Positions 35,862 to 44,947 of a stretch of 64,000 nucleotides of DNA are shown here, one piece after another. The position numbers and the translations under genes are program-made. Below the pieces are notes generated by a model. The model was not told the origin of the DNA. It searched no databases and saw only the letters and a list, made by a program, of their open reading frames with translations. Source of the DNA: Bacillota bacterium (GTDB lineage Bacteria > Bacillota > Dethiobacteria > DTU022); assembly GCA_030611385.1 (NCBI GenBank), contig JAUWPV010000002.1, positions 15,433 through 79,432 of the forward strand. The letters run 5' to 3'. Each line of letters starts with the position of its first letter. The first letter of the stretch is position 1.

Positions 35862-38483
35862 ATGAGCAACAACTACAGTATGTATGTAAACCCGCATTTA
35901 GGCGAGATGCTCGAAAGCATCAAACTCGATCAAAAATATGTGCGTGGCGAAGGTTGTCACCTTTATGATGTTCAGGGTAACCGCTACCTTGACTGTATCG
36001 CTGCTTACGGCGCACTGCCCTTCGGGCATAACCCCGAACTGATCTGGGAAGCGATTAATGATTTTCGTAATTCCGGTGAACCCAGCTTTATCCAGCCGTC
36101 TGCATTGGAAGCCGCGGGTGAATTGGCTCGCCGCCTGATCGAGGTTGCGCCGGAAGGTCTCGAATATGTTACTTTCGCTAACAGCGGCGCCGAAGCAGTT
36201 GAAGCGGCGATCAAACTCTGCCGATCCGCTTCGGGCCGTCCCGGTATCCTCGCCACCGAAAACAGCTTTCACGGAAAAACTTTCGGTGCCCTTTCCGCTA
36301 CGGGTAATCCCGCCTACCAGTCGGTTTTTAATGCACCAGCTGAGCATTTTAACCATATTCCGTTCGGTGATGCTGCTGCTCTGGAAGAAGAACTCAAGGC
36401 CCGGTCCGATTATTATGCCGCGTTTATCATCGAACCGATCCAGGGTGAGGGCGGAATCGTCGAACCGCCTGTCGGCTACCTGCCCCGGGTAAAAGATATC
36501 TGTAAAGAGAACAGTGTACTTCTTATATTTGATGAAGTTCAAACCGGCCTGGGTCGCACCGGAAGCTTGTTTGCCTGCGAGCAGGAACAAGTTTCGCCTG
36601 ATGTTATGGTTCTGGCCAAGGCGTTAGGCGGCGGAATTATGCCTATTGGAGCCTGCCTCTGTTCGGCGGAAGCCTACAGCGAAGATTTCGGATTGAAACA
36701 TTCTTCAACCTTTGCCGGCAACTCTCTGGCCTGCCGGGTTGGCCTGAAAGTGTTGGATCTGCTTACCAACGACCACAGCGCCCTGCTGAAGAAAGTGCGG
36801 ATCAGGGGAGAACTGCTTAAAGCAGGTCTTATTGAACTGCAAAAAAAATATCCCTACCAGATCAAAACAGTTCGCGGACGCGGCCTGCTGCTTGGTCTGG
36901 AATTCAATATGGATCGCGATCATTTCCCGGGCAGCCTTCTGGGAGTTATGGCCGAACAGGAACTGCTTACTCCGGCCATTTCATCTTACCTGCTTAATGT
37001 GAAAAAAATCAGAGTTGCCCCCACCCTTAACGGCAATGCGATCATCCGCATCGAACCGCCCCTGATAATCAGTGAGGCGCAGTGCCGGGAAGCTCTCCAG
37101 GGGATAGATTCAATGCTGGAAGTTCTCGGTCAGGGCAGCACGGCGCGCTTTCTCTCTTACCTGGTTAGACCGCAAAACGAAGAAAATTATCCACCTTATA
37201 CTCCCTACCATGCTAAAAAAGTTGTACCCAGCGGAAAGCCGGAAGAGGGGCGTTTTGCCTTTCTGGTCCATGCTCTCGATTTGAAAAGTTACCACCAGTT
37301 TGACAACAGCCTGCTTGCTTTCAGCGACGACGAACTGGCCGAACTGACCGGCAAGTTTAATGGCCTGATTGAACCTTTTGTTGCCGGGAAAACAGTGATC
37401 AATTCGACTGCCGGCCGAAGCGCCTACGGTGAATTTATTGCTTTGTCCCGAACGACCGATGAATTTATTCAAATGCCGCGCAGCCAGGCTCTTGCTGAAC
37501 TGAAAGCAGCTGTTGCCCTGGCCCGTGAAAGAGGCGCTCGCATCGTTGGCCTGGGCGCTTTTACAGCTGTTGCCTCGATGGGCGGTCTTTACTTGAAGAA
37601 CGAGAAAATCCCCATTACCACCGGTAACAGCTATACTGTGGTTTCTGCAGTCGATGCCGTCACCACGGCTACTGATAAACTGCAGATCGATCGCTCGCAG
37701 ACAACTGCTGCCATTGTTGGGGCAGCCGGCTCAATCGGCCGGGGCATATCGCTGCTGTTATCGGAAACTGTGCCTCGCCTGATCCTGATCGGCAATCCAA
37801 ATAATCAAACTTCCAGTGACAGGTTACATTTGGTTGCCGCTGAAATTTACCGCTACCAGTCAGCACTTCTGAAACAGGGTCGAACCTTGAAGCCGGGCAG
37901 TATGGGTCACCTGCTTGCCGATTGCTCTGAGCTGCCTGCCCCTGATGCTACGATGGATGATTTTGAAGCATTTGTCGGCGGTGAAGGTAGTCGCAGAGGA
38001 CTGATCGGGTTTTCTACCGATATCAATGCTGTCCTGGCCAGGGCAGACATTGTGATCAGCGCCACCAGCGCAACCGAAAAAGTAATCCATGCCGGTAACC
38101 TGAAAACCGGGGCGATCGTCTGTGACATTTCCCGCCCGGCTAATGTCAGCGAAGAGGTCGACCGAGCCCGGCCAGACGTTTTGGTAATCGATGGCGGGGT
38201 GATCGAAGTGCCCGGCCTGCCCTCTCTCGGTTGGGATTTTGGTTTTGAAGAAGGCCTTGCCTATGCCTGCATGGCTGAGACAATGATGCTTGCTCTTGAG
38301 CAGCGTTACAAGCACCACAGTCTCGGGTCATCCGGAGTTAATCTTGAAACAATTCTCCAGACCAGGTATTGGGCAGCCGAGCATGGTTTTAAATTGGCAA
38401 ATTTCCGTAGTTTTAACCGTCCACTAAGCGAAGAAAGCTGGCAGAAACTGCTGCAAACCCGCCAGAAATTGGTTGTTCGCTAA
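35862..38483 (+). CDS. Two-domain fusion: N-terminal class-III aminotransferase (ornithine/acetylornithine/GABA-AT-like) plus C-terminal acyl-ACP reductase (AAR)-like NAD(P)H thioester reductase domain
   Basis: ATG at 35862 follows CAGGAGG. The N-terminal roughly 440 aa are AT-III. The C-terminal roughly 420 aa align with cyanobacterial AAR (FTTGNxxT, GAAGSIGRG Rossmann motif, catalytic-Cys region LAYACMAETMMLALE against AAR MFACFAEAMLLEFE). Confidence 0.6.
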   Translation: MSNNYSMYVNPHLGEMLESIKLDQKYVRGEGCHLYDVQGNRYLDCIAAYGALPFGHNPELIWEAINDFRNSGEPSFIQPSALEAAGELARRLIEVAPEGLEYVTFANSGAEAVEAAIKLCRSASGRPGILATENSFHGKTFGALSATGNPAYQSVFNAPAEHFNHIPFGDAAALEEELKARSDYYAAFIIEPIQGEGGIVEPPVGYLPRVKDICKENSVLLIFDEVQTGLGRTGSLFACEQEQVSPDVMVLAKALGGGIMPIGACLCSAEAYSEDFGLKHSSTFAGNSLACRVGLKVLDLLTNDHSALLKKVRIRGELLKAGLIELQKKYPYQIKTVRGRGLLLGLEFNMDRDHFPGSLLGVMAEQELLTPAISSYLLNVKKIRVAPTLNGNAIIRIEPPLIISEAQCREALQGIDSMLEVLGQGSTARFLSYLVRPQNEENYPPYTPYHAKKVVPSGKPEEGRFAFLVHALDLKSYHQFDNSLLAFSDDELAELTGKFNGLIEPFVAGKTVINSTAGRSAYGEFIALSRTTDEFIQMPRSQALAELKAAVALARERGARIVGLGAFTAVASMGGLYLKNEKIPITTGNSYTVVSAVDAVTTATDKLQIDRSQTTAAIVGAAGSIGRGISLLLSETVPRLILIGNPNNQTSSDRLHLVAAEIYRYQSALLKQGRTLKPGSMGHLLADCSELPAPDATMDDFEAFVGGEGSRRGLIGFSTDINAVLARADIVISATSATEKVIHAGNLKTGAIVCDISRPANVSEEVDRARPDVLVIDGGVIEVPGLPSLGWDFGFEEGLAYACMAETMMLALEQRYKHHSLGSSGVNLETILQTRYWAAEHGFKLANFRSFNRPLSEESWQKLLQTRQKLVVR

Positions 38484-38544
38484 AATCTATGTTAGAATGA
38501 GCAAGTGTTAATTAAGGGATTGATAAGTGGAAAGGATGTTTTAA

Positions 38545-40017
38545 GTGGAGCAAAAAGCCGGGCATGAGAAAACAGCACAGGACAAAGATTTCGTTAAAGA
38601 AATAACCCCGAAAGCAGTTGACTATTCGCAGTGGTACATCGACGTAATTTTAAAAACAAAAATGATGGATTACTCCCCGGTGAAGGGCTTTATGGCTATC
38701 CGTCCCGCTGGTTTTGCCATATGGGAAAAAATACAGGAGTTAATGGACAGGCGGTTTAAGGAAACCGGGCATCAGAACGCTTACTTTCCGCTTTTAATTC
38801 CACAAAGCCTGCTGCAGAAAGAAGCTGAGCATGTTGAGGGGTTTGCTCCAGAATTAGCTTGGGTGACTAAGGGAGGTAGCGAAATTTTAGCCGAGCCGTT
38901 GCTGATCCGCCCGACTTCGGAAGCAATTATTTGCGACTTTTATTCGCGCTGGGTTCAATCTTGGCGCGATTTGCCGATTTTGATTAACCAGTGGTGCAAT
39001 GTTGTGCGGTGGGAGAAATCGACCAAGCCATTCCTGCGCACTTCTGAGTTTTTATGGCAGGAAGGTCATACCTGTCACCGTACCGAGGAGGAAGCGGAGG
39101 CAGAAACCCTTCAAATACTCGAGATCTACCGGGAGTTTTTAGAAACAGAAATGGCCATACCGGCGATTGCCGGACGTAAATCTGAACGTGAGAAATTCGC
39201 CGGTGCGCTGCGCACCTATTCTGTAGAGGCCCTGATGAGCGATGGTAAGGCTCTACAGGCAGGAACCTCCCACAACCTGGGTCAGCATTTTGCCAAAGTA
39301 TTTGATATTACTTTCCTCGATCAGGACGATCAGCTAAAACATGTCTGGCAGACCTCCTGGGGTGTTTCGACCAGACTGATCGGCGCTCTGATCATGGTTC
39401 ACGGCGATGACCGCGGTTTAGTGCTCCCGCCGCGCATGGCTCCAATCCAGGTAGTGATCGTTCCAATCTTGACTAAAAAGGACCGGGATCGTGTTTTAGA
39501 AGCGGTCAGTGAACTGTCCGCTAAGCTGAAAGAAGATCTCCGGATCAAGCTGGATGACCGTGAGGAATACTCGCCGGGGTGGAAATTTAACGAATGGGAA
39601 ATGCGGGGCATTCCGGTCCGTATAGAAGTGGGCCCCCGTGATCTTGATAAAAATCAGGTTATTCTTGTCCGCCGGGATACCGGTGAAAAAGAGGTCATCC
39701 TGCGTGGCGAACTGTCTGCACGCCTGCCACAGCTGCTCGAACAAATTCAGAGCGATATGCTGAAGCGGGCTCTTGAATTCCGCGAAGCAAATACCCGCTG
39801 CTGTTCCGATTATGAAGAGTTCAAGAAGATAGTAGAGGAAGAACGCGGTTTCGTTATAGTGTCCTGGTGTGGTGATGCTGCCTGTGAAGAAAAGGTGAAA
39901 AACGACACAAAGGCGACTATCCGCTGCATCCCCTTCGATAAAAAGCCTGAAAGCGATCAGTGTATCGTCTGCGGCCAAAAGGCTGTTGCAACCGCTTATT
40001 TCGCCCGGGCTTACTAA
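38545..40017 (+). CDS. proS: Proline--tRNA ligase, archaeal/eukaryote-like type without a cis editing domain and with a C-terminal Zn-binding domain
   Basis: 490 aa. Class II motifs and C-terminal CxxC...CxxC; no INS editing insertion. Confidence 0.85.
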   Translation: MEQKAGHEKTAQDKDFVKEITPKAVDYSQWYIDVILKTKMMDYSPVKGFMAIRPAGFAIWEKIQELMDRRFKETGHQNAYFPLLIPQSLLQKEAEHVEGFAPELAWVTKGGSEILAEPLLIRPTSEAIICDFYSRWVQSWRDLPILINQWCNVVRWEKSTKPFLRTSEFLWQEGHTCHRTEEEAEAETLQILEIYREFLETEMAIPAIAGRKSEREKFAGALRTYSVEALMSDGKALQAGTSHNLGQHFAKVFDITFLDQDDQLKHVWQTSWGVSTRLIGALIMVHGDDRGLVLPPRMAPIQVVIVPILTKKDRDRVLEAVSELSAKLKEDLRIKLDDREEYSPGWKFNEWEMRGIPVRIEVGPRDLDKNQVILVRRDTGEKEVILRGELSARLPQLLEQIQSDMLKRALEFREANTRCCSDYEEFKKIVEEERGFVIVSWCGDAACEEKVKNDTKATIRCIPFDKKPESDQCIVCGQKAVATAYFARAY

Positions 40018-40133
40018 CGGGCTACGGTGAGCCACAGCAATTCTGCGCGAGCGATCATGAGCGAAGTTCTCAGTAACATTTACAAATGACACGGAGGTCT
40101 ACTTTTTCAACAGGGCACTAGAGAGGATTGTAA

Positions 40134-40712
40134 ATGACCAAAAGGGAGCTTCGCAGGAAGATCATTGAGCTGCGCGATCAGCTGTCTCCTGAAGAAATAA
40201 AGGGGAAAAGCCGCCGTCTAGCCGAGAACCTCTACAGCTTATCCGCCTACCGGGAAGCCAAGGTGGTTATGTTTTTTATCTCTTTCGGTAGTGAAGTTGA
40301 TACCAGGGTGATGCTCGAAGAAACAATCCGCCGAGGCAAGCTGGCGCTTGCCCCGAAAGCTTTGCCGAAAACCCGCGAACTGCTTCCCTCACAAATTCTC
40401 GACTGGGATCAGGATTTAGCTCCGGGTGCCTATAACATACCGGAACCACGGGAAGATAAGGTCCGTCCTTATACTCCCGAAGCGATCGACCTGCTGCTCG
40501 TCCCCGGTGTTGCTTTTGACCAAAAAGGAAACCGCCTTGGTTACGGAGGCGGTTATTATGATCGTTTTTTTCCCCTGCTAAAACCGACAACCCCGCTGGT
40601 TGCCCTGGTTTTTGATTTGCAGATTCAACACAGGGTTCCGGTTGACGAATGGGATCGCCGGGTTGACTTTATTATCACCGAGGAACGAATTATCAAAAGC
40701 AAGCAGGGTTAA
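40134..40712 (+). CDS. 5-Formyltetrahydrofolate cyclo-ligase
   Basis: 192 aa. The GYGGGYYDRF motif is characteristic of 5-FCL. Confidence 0.8.
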   Translation: MTKRELRRKIIELRDQLSPEEIKGKSRRLAENLYSLSAYREAKVVMFFISFGSEVDTRVMLEETIRRGKLALAPKALPKTRELLPSQILDWDQDLAPGAYNIPEPREDKVRPYTPEAIDLLLVPGVAFDQKGNRLGYGGGYYDRFFPLLKPTTPLVALVFDLQIQHRVPVDEWDRRVDFIITEERIIKSKQG

Positions 40713-40779
40713 TAACAGAAGATTGTTCAACATCAAATTATTTTGTCCAACTCAGGGGCCGTTAAAGACGATTCTTTTA

Positions 40780-41409
40780 CTATTTTGCTTTTTCTCCGGG
40801 AATAAAAAGGCCATAAAAAAACATATCGATGATTGTTTTAGCGATAAGCTCCAGATTGTCTTCCTTTTCATCAACCACTTCCCAGATAAAACGATCCACT
40901 AGAAGTATATAGGCTTTAGCCCCGAGCTGGATATCAAACTTTTTGGCCAGACCCTTATTCTGAGAGTAAGCAAATGAAAGAGCAGAGCTCTTAATAAACT
41001 GTTCCTTAACACCGTGCCAGTGAGCGGCGACTGATGGCGATTGGCCAAACGCTTCCTGAAATACTTTCATTATCGGGCGGTGCTGTTCGGAAAGGCGGAA
41101 AGAGGTTAAAACTAACTCATAATAGGTACCGTGTGCTTCTTCGAGTGTTTCCGGGGTAAAAGGAATTTCCAGAAGATTGTAGAATTCATCCAAAACATTG
41201 TCGACAACTTTATTCAGAATGTCGTCCTTGCCTTTAAAATGGCTGTAGACTGTACCATAACCAACTTTTGCCCGTTGGCTGATCTTGGCGATAGTAGTTT
41301 TGGCGTATCCTTCACTGAGAAAAACATCCAGGGCAGTATCCAGAATTAATTTACGGGTAATCCGGCTGCGCAGGTAGCGGCGTGGTCTTCTGAGGGTATT
41401 GTTTTCCAC
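40780..41409 (-). CDS. TetR/AcrR-family transcriptional regulator
   Basis: N-terminal HTH (ITRKLILDTALDVFLSEGYAKTTIAKISQRAKVGYGTVYSHF). Confidence 0.7.
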   Translation of the reverse strand: MENNTLRRPRRYLRSRITRKLILDTALDVFLSEGYAKTTIAKISQRAKVGYGTVYSHFKGKDDILNKVVDNVLDEFYNLLEIPFTPETLEEAHGTYYELVLTSFRLSEQHRPIMKVFQEAFGQSPSVAAHWHGVKEQFIKSSALSFAYSQNKGLAKKFDIQLGAKAYILLVDRFIWEVVDEKEDNLELIAKTIIDMFFYGLFIPGEKAK

Positions 41410-41624
41410 GGAGTGGTTGCCTCCTTAATTGTATATTAAAAATAATTGAGTCGTAGTGACATTATATCATTTTATAAAAATATTTGCAAAGCTTAGTTTT
41501 AGCCATAGAATGTTTCAATGGGCAGAAAAAAGGACCTTTTGCATTTCAGCCATCACTTTAGTAATATAAAATAGCGGACGCCGGAAATATATTTTTAAAC
41601 TTGAATTATTGCGGGGTTTAAACC

Positions 41625-42317
41625 TTGGCCATTTATGCAATTGGAGATTTGCATCTCTCTCATTATCAGAGCAAGCCCATGGATATTTTCGGACCTGAAT
41701 GGGCAAATCATCCGGAGAAGATTAAAGCAAACTGGGATCGTATCGTTAGTGAAGACGATTTGATTATTATTCCCGGTGATATTTCCTGGGCAATGCATCT
41801 TGCCGAAGCAGAACCTGATTTACATTGGATAGCGGAACTGAAAGGAACCAAACTGCTGATTAGGGGTAATCACGATTACTGGTGGGCTTCAATCGGCAAG
41901 GTTCGTACGCAGCTGCCAATATCTCTTTTTGCCCTGCAGAATGACCATTTTGCCTGGGAGAACCGGGCTGTGTGCGGCACCAGGGGCTGGCTCTGCCCGG
42001 GGGAAGAAGGCTTTGACAATGATCAGGATCAAAAAATCTATATACGGGAAGTCCGGCGACTGCAGTTCTCCCTGGAGAGCGTCGGTCGGAAATCATATTC
42101 CGATATAATCGCCGCTCTTCACTTTCCACCATTTAACCGGATCGGTCAGTCGAGTGCTTTTACCGATCTTCTGGAACAGTATAATGTTAAAATATGTGTA
42201 TTTGGCCATATCCATGACAGCAGTAGCAATAATATTTTCCAAGGCGTAAGAAACGGCATTGATTACCGTTTTGTTGCTGCCGACGGGATCAATTTTACCC
42301 CGTTGAAACTAGTTTAA
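41625..42317 (+). CDS. Calcineurin-like metallophosphoesterase (YfcE/MPP superfamily)
   Basis: GDLH, IIIPGD and GNHD motifs in order. Confidence 0.65.
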   Translation: MAIYAIGDLHLSHYQSKPMDIFGPEWANHPEKIKANWDRIVSEDDLIIIPGDISWAMHLAEAEPDLHWIAELKGTKLLIRGNHDYWWASIGKVRTQLPISLFALQNDHFAWENRAVCGTRGWLCPGEEGFDNDQDQKIYIREVRRLQFSLESVGRKSYSDIIAALHFPPFNRIGQSSAFTDLLEQYNVKICVFGHIHDSSSNNIFQGVRNGIDYRFVAADGINFTPLKLV

Positions 42318-42398
42318 TCTTTTTTGGGTCACGGCAGGATTGCCACTATAAATAGAGTAATAGTTAATGGGTCTATTTAGAAATGGGAGGTCGGCAAT

Positions 42399-42890
42399 TT
42401 GAACACAGACGCTGAAGCTACAGCAATCAATCAGGAAATTGATTTACACCAGGTCGATTCTATCATTGAGCCATATATCGGCAGGAAAGAAATGATTATA
42501 CCAGTTTTGCAAAAATTACAGGAACATTTCGGTTATCTGCCCCGACAGACCATGGAACAGGTATCCTACCGGATGCATATTCCCTTGAGCCGCATCTATG
42601 GCGTGGCTACTTTCTATGCCCAGTTTAAGATGAGACCGCGGGGTCGCAATATCATCAGGGTTTGTAAAGGTACCGCCTGTCATATTCAGGGCAGTCCGAA
42701 GATTGCCGAACGGATTGAAGAGAACCTCGCTATCCAAAATGGGGAGACCACAACCGACCTGCGGTTTACCCTTGAAGAGGTTGCCTGTATCGGGGCTTGT
42801 GCCTTAGCTCCGGTTATTATGATTAACGACAATCCGCATGGCCGGCTGACCGCAGACAAGATTAAAGATATCCTGGCGAGCTACAAATAA
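42399..42890 (+). CDS. NuoE/FdsG-like [2Fe-2S] thioredoxin-fold subunit of an NAD-linked dehydrogenase
   Basis: TTG start 8 nt after GGGAGG. Four Cys (CKGTAC...C...C) in the NuoE pattern. Confidence 0.75.
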   Translation: MNTDAEATAINQEIDLHQVDSIIEPYIGRKEMIIPVLQKLQEHFGYLPRQTMEQVSYRMHIPLSRIYGVATFYAQFKMRPRGRNIIRVCKGTACHIQGSPKIAERIEENLAIQNGETTTDLRFTLEEVACIGACALAPVIMINDNPHGRLTADKIKDILASYK

Positions 42891-42916
42891 AGAATAGAGC
42901 TGGAGGAGGTGGCCTT

Positions 42917-43096
42917 GTGAACAAGTTTATTGATCAATGCTGCGACAAATGCACCCACACCAGAAGCACACCCTGTAAAGACTTTATCAGATGCTGCGTG
43001 GAAGGACCTGTTTGCCATGAAGATCTGGTTTGTTCTGCCAAAAGAAAGGCGATTATTGAAAAGGTTGCCCTGAATGAAAATTTTGTGATCTGTTAA
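42917..43096 (+). CDS. Small cysteine-rich protein (59 aa, 10 Cys) between the NuoE-like and NuoF-like genes
   Basis: GTG start after GGAGGAGGTGG. Translation VNKFIDQCCDKCTHTRSTPCKDFIRCCVEGPVCHEDLVCSAKRKAIIEKVALNENFVIC. Below the ORF-track cutoff. Confidence 0.35.
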   Translation: MNKFIDQCCDKCTHTRSTPCKDFIRCCVEGPVCHEDLVCSAKRKAIIEKVALNENFVIC

Positions 43097-43129
43097 TAGC
43101 TATGTTCAGGCAAAGGGGGGTACCGGATT

Positions 43130-44947
43130 TTGTATGAAAAACATCTAATGATTTGTGGAGCCACGGGTTGTATTTCATCAGGTTCGCGCTCGGTTGAGCA
43201 GGCCCTGGTTAAAGAACTCGAAAATCATGGCATCAGAGATAGATACCGTCTGGTCATGGGTGGTTGCCCCGGATTTTGTGAGGTAGGGCCTATTCTGGTG
43301 ATCTACCCGGATGAAGTTTTCTACTGCCACCTGACACCGAAAGACATGGTCGAACTGGTTGAAAAGCACCTGGTCGGCGGTGAGATTGTTGAACGGCTGC
43401 TCTACAAGGGTCCGGATGTTGCTGTGCCGGTTCGCTTCTACGATTCAATTCCTTTCTATGCCAAGCAGAAATTCAATGTTCTGCACAACAGCGGCATCAT
43501 TGACCCGGAAAGCATCGATGAGTATATAATGCGCGGTGGTTACCGCGCTTTTACACGCGCCCTGACTATTGATTCGCTGACAATTTGTGAAGAAGTTAAA
43601 GAGTCTGGTCTGCGTGGTCGCGGAGGCGCTGGATTTTCGACCGGTCAGAAGTGGGAATTCACCAATAAGGCTCCCGGACCGAAAAAGTATGTTGTCTGTA
43701 ACGCTGATGAAGGCGACCCAGGGGCATTTATGGATCGCAGCATTCTCGAAGGCGATCCTCATGCTATACTCGAAGGGATGCTGATTTGCGGCCGGGCTAT
43801 TGGTTCCAACGAAGGCTATATCTACTGCCGGGCTGAATACCCTCTGGCCATAAAAAGACTGAAAATCGCCATTAGCCAGGCCTTAGAATACGGCCTGTTG
43901 GGAGAAAACATACTCGGTTATGGCTTCAACTTCAAGATCAATATCAAGGAAGGGGCCGGCGCTTTTGTTTGCGGTGAAGAAACCGCTTTGCTTGCTTCGA
44001 TTGAAGGCAAGAGGGGTATACCCCGCCCGCGTCCGCCATTTCCGGCTCAGTCCGGTCTTTTTGGTAAACCGACTACGATCAACAATGTCGAAACCCTGGC
44101 CAATATTCCCCTGATCGTCAGGGAGGGCGGTGCGGCCGAGTTCGCGCAGATTGGCACAGCGGGCAGTAAGGGCACGAAAGTGTTTGCCCTGGCTGGAAAG
44201 ATTCGCAATACCGGGCTCTGCGAGGTGCCGATGGGCATTACTTTCAGGGAGATTATCTATGATGTCGGTGGAGGAATTAAAGGCGGACGGGAATTCAAGG
44301 CAGTTCAGGCTGGGGGCCCGTCGGGTGGATGTATTCCGACAGAACTGCTTGATTTGCCGATTGATTACGACTCACTGAATAAAGCCGGAGCGATCATGGG
44401 TTCAGGCGGCTTGGTGGTTATGGATGAAAGTACCTGCATGGTTGATCTGGCCCGTTACTTTTTAAGCTTCACACAAAAAGAATCATGCGGCAAGTGCACA
44501 CCCTGTCGTGAAGGAACCATGCGCATGCTCGAGATTCTGAACCGTATCACCGGGGGTTTTGGTAATCCGGAAGATCTTGATACTCTCGACAGTCTGGCGC
44601 ACAGTATCAAAGACAGTTCTTTGTGCGGTCTCGGACAGACCTGTCCAAACCCGGTCTTGAGCACGATCCGTTATTTCAGGCACGAATACGAAGAACATAT
44701 TGAAGAAAAGTACTGCCGTGCCGGTGTCTGTAAGGCGCTTTTCAGCTATAAAATTGATCAGGAGCGATGTACCGGCTGCAGGGCTTGTGTGAAAGCCTGT
44801 CCTGTTGATGCAATCACGGGCGAGAAAAAGGAACCTCATGAAATTGATCAGGGGCGCTGCACCCACTGTGGCAGCTGTATTGAAAAATGCCGACAGGATT
44901 GCATTCTGATCACTCGCGTAGGGAGGGAAGCCGATGTCAGCAATTAA
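43130..44947 (+). CDS. NuoF/FdsB/HndC-like NAD(H)-binding flavoprotein subunit (N-terminal Trx-like [2Fe-2S] domain plus FMN/NADH domain plus C-terminal 2x[4Fe-4S])
   Basis: 605 aa. GxGxxG FMN/NADH motifs, SLBB domain, C-terminal CxxCxxCxxxCP pair. Confidence 0.8.
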   Translation: MYEKHLMICGATGCISSGSRSVEQALVKELENHGIRDRYRLVMGGCPGFCEVGPILVIYPDEVFYCHLTPKDMVELVEKHLVGGEIVERLLYKGPDVAVPVRFYDSIPFYAKQKFNVLHNSGIIDPESIDEYIMRGGYRAFTRALTIDSLTICEEVKESGLRGRGGAGFSTGQKWEFTNKAPGPKKYVVCNADEGDPGAFMDRSILEGDPHAILEGMLICGRAIGSNEGYIYCRAEYPLAIKRLKIAISQALEYGLLGENILGYGFNFKINIKEGAGAFVCGEETALLASIEGKRGIPRPRPPFPAQSGLFGKPTTINNVETLANIPLIVREGGAAEFAQIGTAGSKGTKVFALAGKIRNTGLCEVPMGITFREIIYDVGGGIKGGREFKAVQAGGPSGGCIPTELLDLPIDYDSLNKAGAIMGSGGLVVMDESTCMVDLARYFLSFTQKESCGKCTPCREGTMRMLEILNRITGGFGNPEDLDTLDSLAHSIKDSSLCGLGQTCPNPVLSTIRYFRHEYEEHIEEKYCRAGVCKALFSYKIDQERCTGCRACVKACPVDAITGEKKEPHEIDQGRCTHCGSCIEKCRQDCILITRVGREADVSN

